This document shows positions 14,146 to 22,625 of a stretch of 44,624 nt of DNA, one piece after another (position 1 is the first letter of the stretch; every line of letters begins with the position of its first letter). The notes beneath the pieces are model-generated. The model did no database searches, had not been told where the DNA came from, and saw nothing but the letters and a program-made list of their open reading frames with translations. The position numbers were made by a program, and so were the translations under genes. The stretch comes from a virus. The stretch is taken from the IMG/VR virus record IMGVR_UViG_3300028840_001024; one strand, written 5' to 3'.

Positions 14146-14327
14146 AAGAATTTAATGAGAAGTCGTTGAGATGCCTTGCTGATATCCTTAACGAAAAAGA
14201 GGAACAAGGCGAAGAGTGGATACTAAAGAACGGCTCGACTATTAAGTTTGTAGTACATAAAGACAAGTTTACTGGTAGAGCGCAAAAAGAAGATTGGGTT
14301 GGAGCCTTTGGTAGCGCAAAAGCATAA
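14142..14327 (+). CDS. hypothetical protein
   Basis: ATGA overlap with terS. 61 aa. Confidence 0.5.
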   Translation: MKEFNEKSLRCLADILNEKEEQGEEWILKNGSTIKFVVHKDKFTGRAQKEDWVGAFGSAKA

Positions 14328-14413
14328 AAACAGCTGATTTCATATTTACATAAATAACAGTAGCTTAATCTCACTCTCTCACGGGGTGGAGACTTAAATA
14401 GTAGGAGGTATAA

Positions 14414-14611
14414 ATGGGGGTTATAAAAACAGGAACAGCAAAAGTATTATGGCCTGGAATAAAAAAGTGGTGGCAAGATGAATTAAAGTTTCAAGAGAAC
14501 GCGACCGAAGCCGACCATTTAAGGCGAAGGGTAAAGAGATTAGAACAACAACTTGAATATGAAAAGAATTACAACCGTTGTGGATGTTGTAATAAAAACC
14601 CTAATTGGTGA
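14414..14611 (+). CDS. 65-aa protein whose N-terminus copies the capsid N-terminus; in frame with TerL across one TGA
   Basis: Strong RBS TAGGAGGT. MGVIKTGTAKVLWPGIKKWW compares with capsid MSVITTGNNPKALWPGIHAWW. The TGA at 14609-14611 is in the same frame as 14663. Confidence 0.6.
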   Translation: MGVIKTGTAKVLWPGIKKWWQDELKFQENATEADHLRRRVKRLEQQLEYEKNYNRCGCCNKNPNW

Positions 14612-14662
14612 TTAATTATCGACATAACACTCCCAAATAACTGGAAGCCACGAGACTACCAA

Positions 14663-16003
14663 ATGCCCCTATGGAAATACATGGAGCAAGGCGGCAAGCG
14701 TGGCGTAGCTGTTTGGCATCGTAGAGCAGGAAAAGACGACCTTTGCCTGCACTACGCAGCAACAGCAGCAATGCAAAAGCCAGCTATGTACTGGCACATG
14801 CTACCGGAGGCAACACAAGCAAGGAAAGCTATTTGGGAAGCCGTAAACCCTCACACCGGATTGTTAAGAATAGATGAAGCATTCCCACACGCAATAAGAA
14901 GCAGAACACGAAATCAGGAAATGGCTATAACATTTATTAATGGTTCTACGTGGCAGGTTGTAGGCTCAGATAATTATAATAGTCTTATCGGAACACCACC
15001 ATATGGCTTGATATTCTCAGAGTTTGCAGTTGCCGACCCTAAAGCCTGGGCTTATTTGAGGCCGATACTTGCTGAGAATGGTGGGTGGGCCTTCTTTATT
15101 TACACACCAAGAGGCGAGAACCACGGTAAAAAGCTTTATGATGCTTCAGTAACAAGAGAGGACTGGTTCTCCGAATTGCTTACTGTAGAAGAAACAAATG
15201 TTTTTGATGAGAAAACACTCGACCAAGAGAAACAAGAGTTAATAGACGAATACGGAGAAACAAGAGGCATAGCACTTTTTAATCAAGAATATTATTGCTC
15301 TTTTTATGAAGCATTTGACGGCAAAGTTGTTTATCCTGACTTTTCGAGAAAATTGCACGTTGCAGACCAGAAACTTTTACCATTCGCAAAAGAAGGGGTG
15401 AAGGCCGGGCGTGAAATTATAAGAGGTTGGGATAATACCGGGCTATCTCCTGCATGTATCGTTTGCTACATAAATACAAGCGGTGTTTTGTACGTTTTAA
15501 AAGAGTTTTGCGGTGAAGATATTGGTATAATAGACTTTAGTATGGAAGTCCTTAGATGGTGTGAAGACGAATTTGGTCAGGCTGAATTTAGAGACATTGG
15601 AGATCCAGGCGGAAGAATCAGAGACAGTCAAAAAAAATCACCTGCAATGTATATGCGTGAGGAGCTTGGTTTGATATTAGAAGATGGAATACAAACATTC
15701 AAGGTAAGGCGTGAGTCTGTAACGGGTAGGTTAACAAGAATATACAAGGGTGTTGCAGCAATGCAGATTGATATAGATTGCGCTGTAACTATCGCTGGCT
15801 TTGAGGGTGGTTATCACTTTCCGGAGATCGGGAAAACAGGGTATTATCACCCGGAACCAAAAAAGAACAAGTTTTCACACATACACGATGCTCTACAATA
15901 TTTATGTACAATAATGTTTACTATTTACAACAGTACAGAAAACGAGTATAACGAATATAGGGATAACTATACCGAAGGGAGAAGTAAATACGGTGGTTAT
16001 TAA
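14663..16003 (+). CDS. terL: terminase large subunit (N-terminal boundary uncertain)
   Basis: Walker A-like VWHRRAGKDD, Walker B-like GLIFSEFA, and C-terminal RNaseH-like nuclease motifs (IRGWDNTG, DIGDPGG, HIHDALQY). The frame is open back to 14612 (LIIDITLPNNWKPRDYQ). Only a weak GAG precedes ATG 14663. Confidence 0.85.
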   Translation: MPLWKYMEQGGKRGVAVWHRRAGKDDLCLHYAATAAMQKPAMYWHMLPEATQARKAIWEAVNPHTGLLRIDEAFPHAIRSRTRNQEMAITFINGSTWQVVGSDNYNSLIGTPPYGLIFSEFAVADPKAWAYLRPILAENGGWAFFIYTPRGENHGKKLYDASVTREDWFSELLTVEETNVFDEKTLDQEKQELIDEYGETRGIALFNQEYYCSFYEAFDGKVVYPDFSRKLHVADQKLLPFAKEGVKAGREIIRGWDNTGLSPACIVCYINTSGVLYVLKEFCGEDIGIIDFSMEVLRWCEDEFGQAEFRDIGDPGGRIRDSQKKSPAMYMREELGLILEDGIQTFKVRRESVTGRLTRIYKGVAAMQIDIDCAVTIAGFEGGYHFPEIGKTGYYHPEPKKNKFSHIHDALQYLCTIMFTIYNSTENEYNEYRDNYTEGRSKYGGY

Positions 16004-16041
16004 ATAAGCACATGACAAGTGCCTGCACATGCGGGGTTTAA

Positions 16042-18195
16042 ATGAGAACAGTTAAACGATTACTTGAAATATCCAGTAAAGATAATTTAGCCGAAGACAT
16101 AGACGAGCAACGGCTTAACGAAATAGGTCAATTCTGCCTTAGTGGTTACGAGGTTGACATAAATACCTGCAAGGACCACTTTTCAAAACTCGATGAATAC
16201 GAAAAGATAGCAGCGCAAGAAATAGAGCAAAAAAGCTTTCCATGGGAAAACTGCGCTAACGTCAAATTCCCCATCCTAACAGTTGCATCAATCCAGTTTA
16301 ACGCTCGGGCATATCCTCAACTTGTTCCGGCTCAAGGTGTTGCAAAAGCTATATTCTACGGTGAAGATCAGGGTAATATAAAAGCTGACAGAACAGAACG
16401 AGTATCTAAACACATATCTTACCAGGTCAGAGAGCAGATGAAAGGATGGGAAGAAGACACAGATTCTTTGTTGCTTCAAGTGCCAACGCTCGGAAACCTA
16501 TTTAGAAAAACATATCATGACCAAAGCTATAGTGGCCCGAGATCGGTTATGCTGAAACCTCAACAGCTAATTGTGAACAACGATGAGGTTAAAACGCTTG
16601 AAGATTGCCCGAGGTCAACAGAGATATTCAAACGATATCCATATCAAATCCAAAACAACATAGATTCAGGTATATGGATTGACCCTGATATAGAATACGA
16701 AGAGAAAGACAAACACGAACTCCAAACTTTGTATGAGCAGCATGTAATAATGGAATTGTACGAAGACGGAGAAATGGAACCATATATCGTAACACTTACG
16801 GAAGAAGGTAAGGTGTTGCGAATTAAAGCTTGTTACGATGCCTCTACGATATATGTTGACTTAGGAGGGGAGGTCCGTTCGGTTGAGGATATTAACTTCG
16901 AAATAGACTCTAAGAACCTCGCTATTAAAAAGCAGAACATAGAAACAAAACAAATAGCGGTGTTAAATGGTTCAATAGATACTTTCCAAGAAGTACCACT
17001 AATTAAAAAGCCAAGCATAGACAAAGAAAAACCTGTCCGTCTTGATAAAATAGAATATTATACAAGCTATTCATTCTTTCCTTCTTTCAATGGTAAGTTT
17101 TACAAAGATGGTTTAGCTTCACTAATCGCCTCGCTATCTGCATCAGTCGATACAAATATAAATCAAATGCTTGACGCTGGTACACTTCAGAATATGAATA
17201 GTTTTATGGTTGCAAAGACCGGGAAGACTGTGCAAAAACGTGAAGGGTTTATTCCTGGCGAAGGTCAAACAATTGACACAGGTGGCCGACCTATAAGAGA
17301 TATGATTTATCCTTTGGATTTTAAAGGCCCATCAACGGGACTATTCAGCCTTCTTGGTTTACTGATAGAAGCAGCAAAAGACATAACAAGCGTTAAAGAT
17401 ATCATGGTAGGCGATGCACCACAAGGAGAAACGGCAACCACCACGATGATAAAAGAAGAACAGGGTATGAAAGTTTTCTCTGCTGTTTATCTTCGCTTAT
17501 ATAAATCAATGACATCCGAGCTTAAAAAGATTTACAGGCTTAACCGTAAATACTTGACAAACGAGGAATATTTCAGGTTTGGTGACTCGGAGTCTTATGT
17601 TAAGAAGCAGGATTATGAAGATACGAGCCTTGATGTTATACCAACGGCGAACCCGAAGGAATCAAATACAACTCAAAAGATATTGAAAGCTCAAGTGTTA
17701 ATGGAAGCCTCACAAGGTGACCCGGACGCTGACCACAGAGCCATAAAGCAAAACTATCTTGAGGCGGCAGGTCTAAGCGCAGAAGAATATAAAAGATTCT
17801 TTCCAGGCCCAAAAGGCCCACCACAGCCGAACACGGAAGATATTAAGAATATTGCAGAGGCTAAAAACAAAGACGCTGACACAGTTAAGAAACTTGCGGA
17901 AGCAGAAAAGACAGCAGAAGAGACAAATAACACAAGGTCTGAGAATGCACTTACCCAGGCTAAAGTTATTGACACAATAGCAAGCGCAGAAGCAAAAGAA
18001 GTAGGAACACAGTTAGACCAATACACAAGAGTAGCGGAGTCAATACAAGATGGACTTGATAGAGATCAGCAAAGAAGAGATCAAAGAATGGAGACAGCAC
18101 CCGGTGACAATGTGGGTGTTCAAGAAGATGTACCAGCAATGGAAAGCGGAGGAATTACAGACATTCTTGCAGCGAACGAAGGGACTCTACAATAG
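16042..18195 (+). CDS. portal protein
   Basis: 717 aa, immediately downstream of terL, with a charged low-complexity C-terminal tail. The call rests on position and size. Confidence 0.7.
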   Translation: MRTVKRLLEISSKDNLAEDIDEQRLNEIGQFCLSGYEVDINTCKDHFSKLDEYEKIAAQEIEQKSFPWENCANVKFPILTVASIQFNARAYPQLVPAQGVAKAIFYGEDQGNIKADRTERVSKHISYQVREQMKGWEEDTDSLLLQVPTLGNLFRKTYHDQSYSGPRSVMLKPQQLIVNNDEVKTLEDCPRSTEIFKRYPYQIQNNIDSGIWIDPDIEYEEKDKHELQTLYEQHVIMELYEDGEMEPYIVTLTEEGKVLRIKACYDASTIYVDLGGEVRSVEDINFEIDSKNLAIKKQNIETKQIAVLNGSIDTFQEVPLIKKPSIDKEKPVRLDKIEYYTSYSFFPSFNGKFYKDGLASLIASLSASVDTNINQMLDAGTLQNMNSFMVAKTGKTVQKREGFIPGEGQTIDTGGRPIRDMIYPLDFKGPSTGLFSLLGLLIEAAKDITSVKDIMVGDAPQGETATTTMIKEEQGMKVFSAVYLRLYKSMTSELKKIYRLNRKYLTNEEYFRFGDSESYVKKQDYEDTSLDVIPTANPKESNTTQKILKAQVLMEASQGDPDADHRAIKQNYLEAAGLSAEEYKRFFPGPKGPPQPNTEDIKNIAEAKNKDADTVKKLAEAEKTAEETNNTRSENALTQAKVIDTIASAEAKEVGTQLDQYTRVAESIQDGLDRDQQRRDQRMETAPGDNVGVQEDVPAMESGGITDILAANEGTLQ

Positions 18196-18280
18196 TGATG
18201 AAGTTGCTTTATTGGCAAAAGAGTTGGTTGGATATTCCAAAGCAATAGAAGATTGTATAAACGTAGGCAAGGAGGATTAA
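18050..18280 (+). CDS. hypothetical 76-aa protein encoded in the +1 frame over the portal 3' end
   Basis: ATG 18050 (GGAG 10 nt upstream). The stop at 18278-18280 abuts ATG 18281. The sequence looks helical and globular (EIKEWRQHPVTMWVFKKMYQQW...). Confidence 0.45.
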   Translation: MDLIEISKEEIKEWRQHPVTMWVFKKMYQQWKAEELQTFLQRTKGLYNSDEVALLAKELVGYSKAIEDCINVGKED

Positions 18281-18598
18281 ATGGAAGAGTACAAACCAGG
18301 GCTAACACCGCTTGAGTATAAAGTGATTGTTTACCCCTATCCAGTAGAAGAAGTATTTGAAGATAGCGTAATTGTTAAAGCAACAGTTACAGAGAAAACA
18401 GACAGAATGAACCAAACAAGAGGCGTTTTAGTAGATTTTACCGATATGGCATTTGGTGACTGGAAGTGTGAGTTACCAGAAAGAGGGCAAGAGATAGAGT
18501 TCTCAAAGCTTTCAGGTCAGTTTTTCGAAGGTTTAGACGGTAAAGAGTATAAATTAATGAACGATCAAGACTTAGTAGGTTTTTTCAAGGGGGAATAA
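18281..18598 (+). CDS. GroES/Cpn10-like co-chaperonin fold protein
   Basis: The pattern LTPLEYKVIVYP...QTRGVLVDF...GQEIEFSKLSGQFFEGLDGKEYKLMNDQDLVGFF parallels GroES IRPLHDRVIVKR...STRGEVLAVG...GDIVIF..YG......D.EEVLIMSESDILAIV. Confidence 0.45.
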   Translation: MEEYKPGLTPLEYKVIVYPYPVEEVFEDSVIVKATVTEKTDRMNQTRGVLVDFTDMAFGDWKCELPERGQEIEFSKLSGQFFEGLDGKEYKLMNDQDLVGFFKGE

Positions 18599-19350
18599 TG
18601 GAAGCAGAAGACTTAACAATTGAACAACAAGCAGAGGCGCAAGGCTGGAAGGCTGATTATAACGGGCCAAACGCTAAAACAGCAGAGCAATTCATAGAGG
18701 ACGGCGAAAAGATAGCCCCAATACAGAAGGAAAGAAACAGCAAGCTTGTCAAGGACATTGCAAGGCTTGAAAAAAAGCTTGATAAGTTCCAAGATATGCA
18801 CATTAAGACGATTCACGCAACAGAGAAGAGTGCTTATGACCGTGCAGTTTTAGACCTTAAAAAAGAGCAGAGGAACGCAGCAGAAGAGGCAGACGCAGAC
18901 AAGGTAGAAGCGATACAAGAAAAGATTGACAAGCTTCCAAAGCCTGAAACACCAAAGGACGAAGACAAAGCGCCATCTATAACCCCAGAGTTTATAGACT
19001 GGAACGCTGAGAACGACTGGTATAAGAGCAATAAACAGATGACTGCATATGCTGACATGTTAGGTGAGCAATACGCTAATGATTACGACCATACAACGCC
19101 AGCAGGAAGGAAAAGCTTTCTAAAGCGGATAGAAAAAGACGTTAAGAAGGTCTTTAAGGATAATTTCGGGGAGCAACGTTCGAACTTTCCCGATGTTGAA
19201 ACACCTTCGAGCGGGACGACATCAAAGAAAGGTAAAGATTTTAAATCCTTACCACCTGAAGCGAAAGCAGCCGCAGAAAAGTTTATAAAAGAAGGGCTAT
19301 TTAAAGATAAAGATCAATACGCAAAAAAATTTTGGGAGCTAAATAAATGA
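18598..19350 (+). CDS. scaffolding protein (putative)
   Basis: Highly charged, predicted coiled-coil 250-aa protein between the portal and capsid genes. Confidence 0.5.
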   Translation: MEAEDLTIEQQAEAQGWKADYNGPNAKTAEQFIEDGEKIAPIQKERNSKLVKDIARLEKKLDKFQDMHIKTIHATEKSAYDRAVLDLKKEQRNAAEEADADKVEAIQEKIDKLPKPETPKDEDKAPSITPEFIDWNAENDWYKSNKQMTAYADMLGEQYANDYDHTTPAGRKSFLKRIEKDVKKVFKDNFGEQRSNFPDVETPSSGTTSKKGKDFKSLPPEAKAAAEKFIKEGLFKDKDQYAKKFWELNK

Positions 19351-19799
19351 GTAGAAACAAAAAGCAGGAAACAAGGAAAAAACGAGTACCAGTAGGACGA
19401 AGAAAGTTGTCTATGACAGTAGAAGATGGCTTAATCCCTAACGACTCTATAGGGCGATGGGTGAATGACGTAGGTGGACAGCTTCAAAGATTTCTTGATG
19501 GTGGGTATGTATTTGTTTATCAAAACAAGAGAGGTGTTACAGGGAAAGTAGGCGATGATGTAGACAACGAAAATACCGATTTAGGTAGCAAGGTTTCTAA
19601 AATTGTCGATAAAACAGCCCGGACGAACTCTAATCCTGTTAGAGCATACTTAATGTGTATCAAGAAAGAGTGGTATGAAGAAGACAAGAAAGAAAAAATG
19701 AAGAGCGTTGATAGGATTGATGATCAACTCCGAACAGGAACAAGTGATATTAAGGAGGATCGTGGTCACTTCGATGCTAATATTAAATATAAAGCATAA
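19347..19799 (+). CDS. head-module protein, basic N-terminus
   Basis: ATGA overlap with the scaffold gene. MSRNKKQETRKKRVPVGRRK. Confidence 0.5.
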   Translation: MSRNKKQETRKKRVPVGRRKLSMTVEDGLIPNDSIGRWVNDVGGQLQRFLDGGYVFVYQNKRGVTGKVGDDVDNENTDLGSKVSKIVDKTARTNSNPVRAYLMCIKKEWYEEDKKEKMKSVDRIDDQLRTGTSDIKEDRGHFDANIKYKA

Positions 19800-19810
19800 A
19801 GAGGTAAAAA

Positions 19811-20422
19811 ATGGCTAACAAAACAGGCGCATTCGGGCTTAGACCTGTAAGACGCTTTGACGGTACTAACTACAACGGCAATACTGTAAAATGCTACATT
19901 AGCGCAAGCTACGCAACAGCATTATACGTAGGTGACCCCGTTCTTCTTTCTCCGACAGCAGCAGAGAAAGACCCAACAGGAAAGCACCCAACTATTAATA
20001 AATCAGCAGGGACAGCAGGGACTATTGTTCGGGGCGTTATTGTGAGTTTCGAGCCTGACCCTGACGGACTTGAAAAAATCTATTCACCTGCATCGACAGC
20101 GGGATATGCTAATGTATGCATGGACCCTGAAGTTGTTTTTGAGATCAGAGGCGATGGTGGCGGAACGCTAACAAGTGTTGTTCCAGGCCAAAACGCTGTA
20201 ATGATTGCAACAACAGCAGGCGACACAACAACAGGATTATCAGGAATGAATCTTGACGAAGGTACTACCACAGCACCTAACACGACTCAGAATTTTACCC
20301 TACATATCCTTAACATTAAAAATTCAGATGATAACGCACTTGGTGATGATGCGGTTTATGAAGTATTACTAAATACTGCAAAACTCGCCGCTGGTTCTTA
20401 TCTCGGAATAACAGCTTCATAA
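19811..20422 (+). CDS. head-module structural protein (possible decoration or auxiliary capsid protein)
   Basis: 203 aa, G/T/A-rich, immediately upstream of the capsid gene. Confidence 0.45.
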   Translation: MANKTGAFGLRPVRRFDGTNYNGNTVKCYISASYATALYVGDPVLLSPTAAEKDPTGKHPTINKSAGTAGTIVRGVIVSFEPDPDGLEKIYSPASTAGYANVCMDPEVVFEIRGDGGGTLTSVVPGQNAVMIATTAGDTTTGLSGMNLDEGTTTAPNTTQNFTLHILNIKNSDDNALGDDAVYEVLLNTAKLAAGSYLGITAS

Positions 20423-20433
20423 GGGGGTAAATT

Positions 20434-21342
20434 ATGTCAGTTATAACAACAGGAAATAACCCCAAGGCGTTATGGCCGGGGATACATGCTTGGTGGGGTC
20501 GTGAGTACGGTAAACATGGTCAGTATTGGAAAGAGCTTTTTGATATGACATCTTCAGATAAAAAGTATGAAGAAGTTGTTGAGGCTACTGGTTATCCTCT
20601 TGCACCTCAGAAAAACGAGGGAACAGCTACTTCATACGCTTCTGATTCTCAGGGTGTTGTTAACAGAGCTACAAACGTGGCTTATTCTTTAGGTTTTATT
20701 GTAACTAAAGAAGAAAAGGACGACAATCTTTATGAGTATGTAAGTAAGCGTAGAACAACAAGCCTTGCTTTGAGTATGGCAACTACTAAGAACACTGTAG
20801 CAGCTAACTTTTATAATAGAGCGTTTTCAGGTTCGTACGCGTTTGGAGATGGCAAAGCGATTCTTGCAAGTGATCACCCTGTAAAGTCTGGTTCAGAGCA
20901 GTCAAACATTCTTTCAGTTGCGGCTGATTTCAGTGAAGCAGCACTCGAAGACTTGACTATTCAGATTATGGACGCTCAAAACTCAAACGACTTAAATATT
21001 ATGTTGCAGCCACAGTGTTTAATCGGCCCAACATCATTAGTTTATGAGTTCCAGAGAGTTCTAAAATCTAACTTGCAGAACGACACAGGAAACAACGCTA
21101 CAAATGCTTTAAAAGATTTGGGTGTAATTCCTAAAACCCACATTAACCCATTTCTAACAGATACTGACGCATGGTTCATCAGAACAAATGCTCCTTCTGG
21201 AATGGTTGGTTTTGATCGTGTTGCTCTTGAATTTGGTGTTGACGGTGACTTTGACACTGACAATATCAAAAAGAAAGCATACGAGCGTTATAGTTTCACA
21301 ATTGGCGACTGGCGAGGGCTTTACGGCTCAGAAGGTGCTTAA
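20434..21342 (+). CDS. major capsid protein (putative)
   Basis: 302 aa, positioned after the scaffold and followed by a hairpin. The call rests on position and composition. Confidence 0.55.
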   Translation: MSVITTGNNPKALWPGIHAWWGREYGKHGQYWKELFDMTSSDKKYEEVVEATGYPLAPQKNEGTATSYASDSQGVVNRATNVAYSLGFIVTKEEKDDNLYEYVSKRRTTSLALSMATTKNTVAANFYNRAFSGSYAFGDGKAILASDHPVKSGSEQSNILSVAADFSEAALEDLTIQIMDAQNSNDLNIMLQPQCLIGPTSLVYEFQRVLKSNLQNDTGNNATNALKDLGVIPKTHINPFLTDTDAWFIRTNAPSGMVGFDRVALEFGVDGDFDTDNIKKKAYERYSFTIGDWRGLYGSEGA

Positions 21343-21358
21343 TTAATAATTAATACTG

Positions 21359-21380
21359 GTGAGGTCTTAACAGGCCTCAC
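21359..21380 (+). terminator. hairpin GTGAGG-(10 nt)-CCTCAC after the capsid gene
   Basis: 6-bp stem 17 nt after the stop, followed by TGCTTT. Confidence 0.35.
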
Positions 21381-21401
21381 TGCTTTAAAAGGTGGTATTA
21401 A

Positions 21402-22334
21402 ATGACACTTACAAATTTTCCAAACGGTCTTTCGAGTTTTGGCATACCTGTACTTCCTTCATTAATGAAAGTCACTACAGGTAAAGTCTTTTTTGTCGAT
21501 TCAAATACAGGTTCTAATGGCAACAAGGGTACAAGCACTAAGCGCCCATTTGCTGATATAGATTACGCAATAGGCAGATGTACAGCAAATAAGGGCGATG
21601 TTATCTATGTTATGCCTAATCATTACGAGGCGATTACTGCCGCAGGTGCTATCGATGCAGATGTGGCCGGGATTTCCATTATTGGTCTCGGCTCAGGTGA
21701 CAACGTTCCTCAGATAGACTACACAAACACAGCAGGCTCTTTTGTTATTGGAGCCAACAACGTGACAGTTGAAAACCTTAATTTTCATGCTAATGTTTCG
21801 GCGGTTGTTGTTGGTGTTGATATCGACGCAGGCGTTGACTATGCTACTGTTAGGGGTTGCCGTTTTGACGTAGAGACAACAGCAACAGATGAATTTCTTA
21901 TTTCAATTCAGACAAATGACGCTTCGAACTTTGCAACGATTGAGAACAACGATATTGATAATGGCTTAGGTGGTTCAGTTCATGCTATTAAATTCACAGC
22001 AGATACAGACGGAACACAGGTTATCGGCAATACAATACAGGGAGATTATTCAACGGCCAATATCGGTGGTATTACAACGCTTTCAACTAAGCTGAATATC
22101 GCTAACAACCTTCTGATTAATGGTGGTTCCGGTGCGCTTGGAACAGAGCCAGTAATTGAGTTATTGACAGGATCTACAGGAACAATACAGAATAACTACG
22201 TTGTTTGTAACCTTACGACCAAAGCAGCTTCAATTGTGGCTGATACTTGCATGTTGTTTGAAAATTACTACAACGAGGACATTTCTTCTGCAGCAACTGG
22301 TGGTATTATTGGCACTGCATCGGCAGACGACTAA
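21402..22334 (+). CDS. right-handed beta-helix protein (310 aa)
   Basis: KVFFVDSNTGSNGNKGTSTKRPFADIDYAIGRCTANKGDVIYV plus PbH1-like repeats (IENNDIDNG, VIGNTIQGD, IANNLLINGG, IQNNYVV). Confidence 0.55.
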   Translation: MTLTNFPNGLSSFGIPVLPSLMKVTTGKVFFVDSNTGSNGNKGTSTKRPFADIDYAIGRCTANKGDVIYVMPNHYEAITAAGAIDADVAGISIIGLGSGDNVPQIDYTNTAGSFVIGANNVTVENLNFHANVSAVVVGVDIDAGVDYATVRGCRFDVETTATDEFLISIQTNDASNFATIENNDIDNGLGGSVHAIKFTADTDGTQVIGNTIQGDYSTANIGGITTLSTKLNIANNLLINGGSGALGTEPVIELLTGSTGTIQNNYVVCNLTTKAASIVADTCMLFENYYNEDISSAATGGIIGTASADD

Positions 22335-22340
22335 AATTAA

Positions 22341-22360
22341 GGCGGCCAGAGATGGCCGCC
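22341..22360 (+). terminator. strong hairpin GGCGGCCA-GAGA-TGGCCGCC
   Basis: 8-bp GC-rich stem with a GNRA loop, 6 nt after stop 22334. Confidence 0.5.
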
Positions 22361-22376
22361 CTTATAAGGTGATAAA

Positions 22377-22625
22377 ATGAGAAAACCTTTTAAAACAAGT
22401 TATGTTGACGGTGATGAAAATGTAATGGTTGTAGATGAGCAGATAAAAGAAATTAGATTTAATATTAAATCAAGAGATCTTTCTATTGTCTTAGACGACT
22501 GCTACACGCAAGAAGACCTTGACGGATTGTCATGGCAGGGGATTAAAAAACTTGTTATTGCGAAAGATGGTTCGTGGACTTCTAAAAGTGACGGTATAGA
22601 GTATTTAATCGGGAGGTCTAAATAA
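22377..22625 (+). CDS. hypothetical virion-module protein
   Basis: 82 aa. The stop overlaps the next ATG. Confidence 0.5.
   Translation: MRKPFKTSYVDGDENVMVVDEQIKEIRFNIKSRDLSIVLDDCYTQEDLDGLSWQGIKKLVIAKDGSWTSKSDGIEYLIGRSK

Noticed and set aside
14609-14611. Genome-wide TGA recoding (code 4-like), supported by the odd tRNA-like genes
   Set aside because: TGA terminates several well-defined, overlap-coupled genes (terS ATGA at 14142-14145, scaffold ATGA at 19347-19350, ssb TGA-TAA). None of the tRNA-like elements has a clean UCA anticodon loop. The CTTCAGG segment at 5014-5020 lacks a supporting stem.
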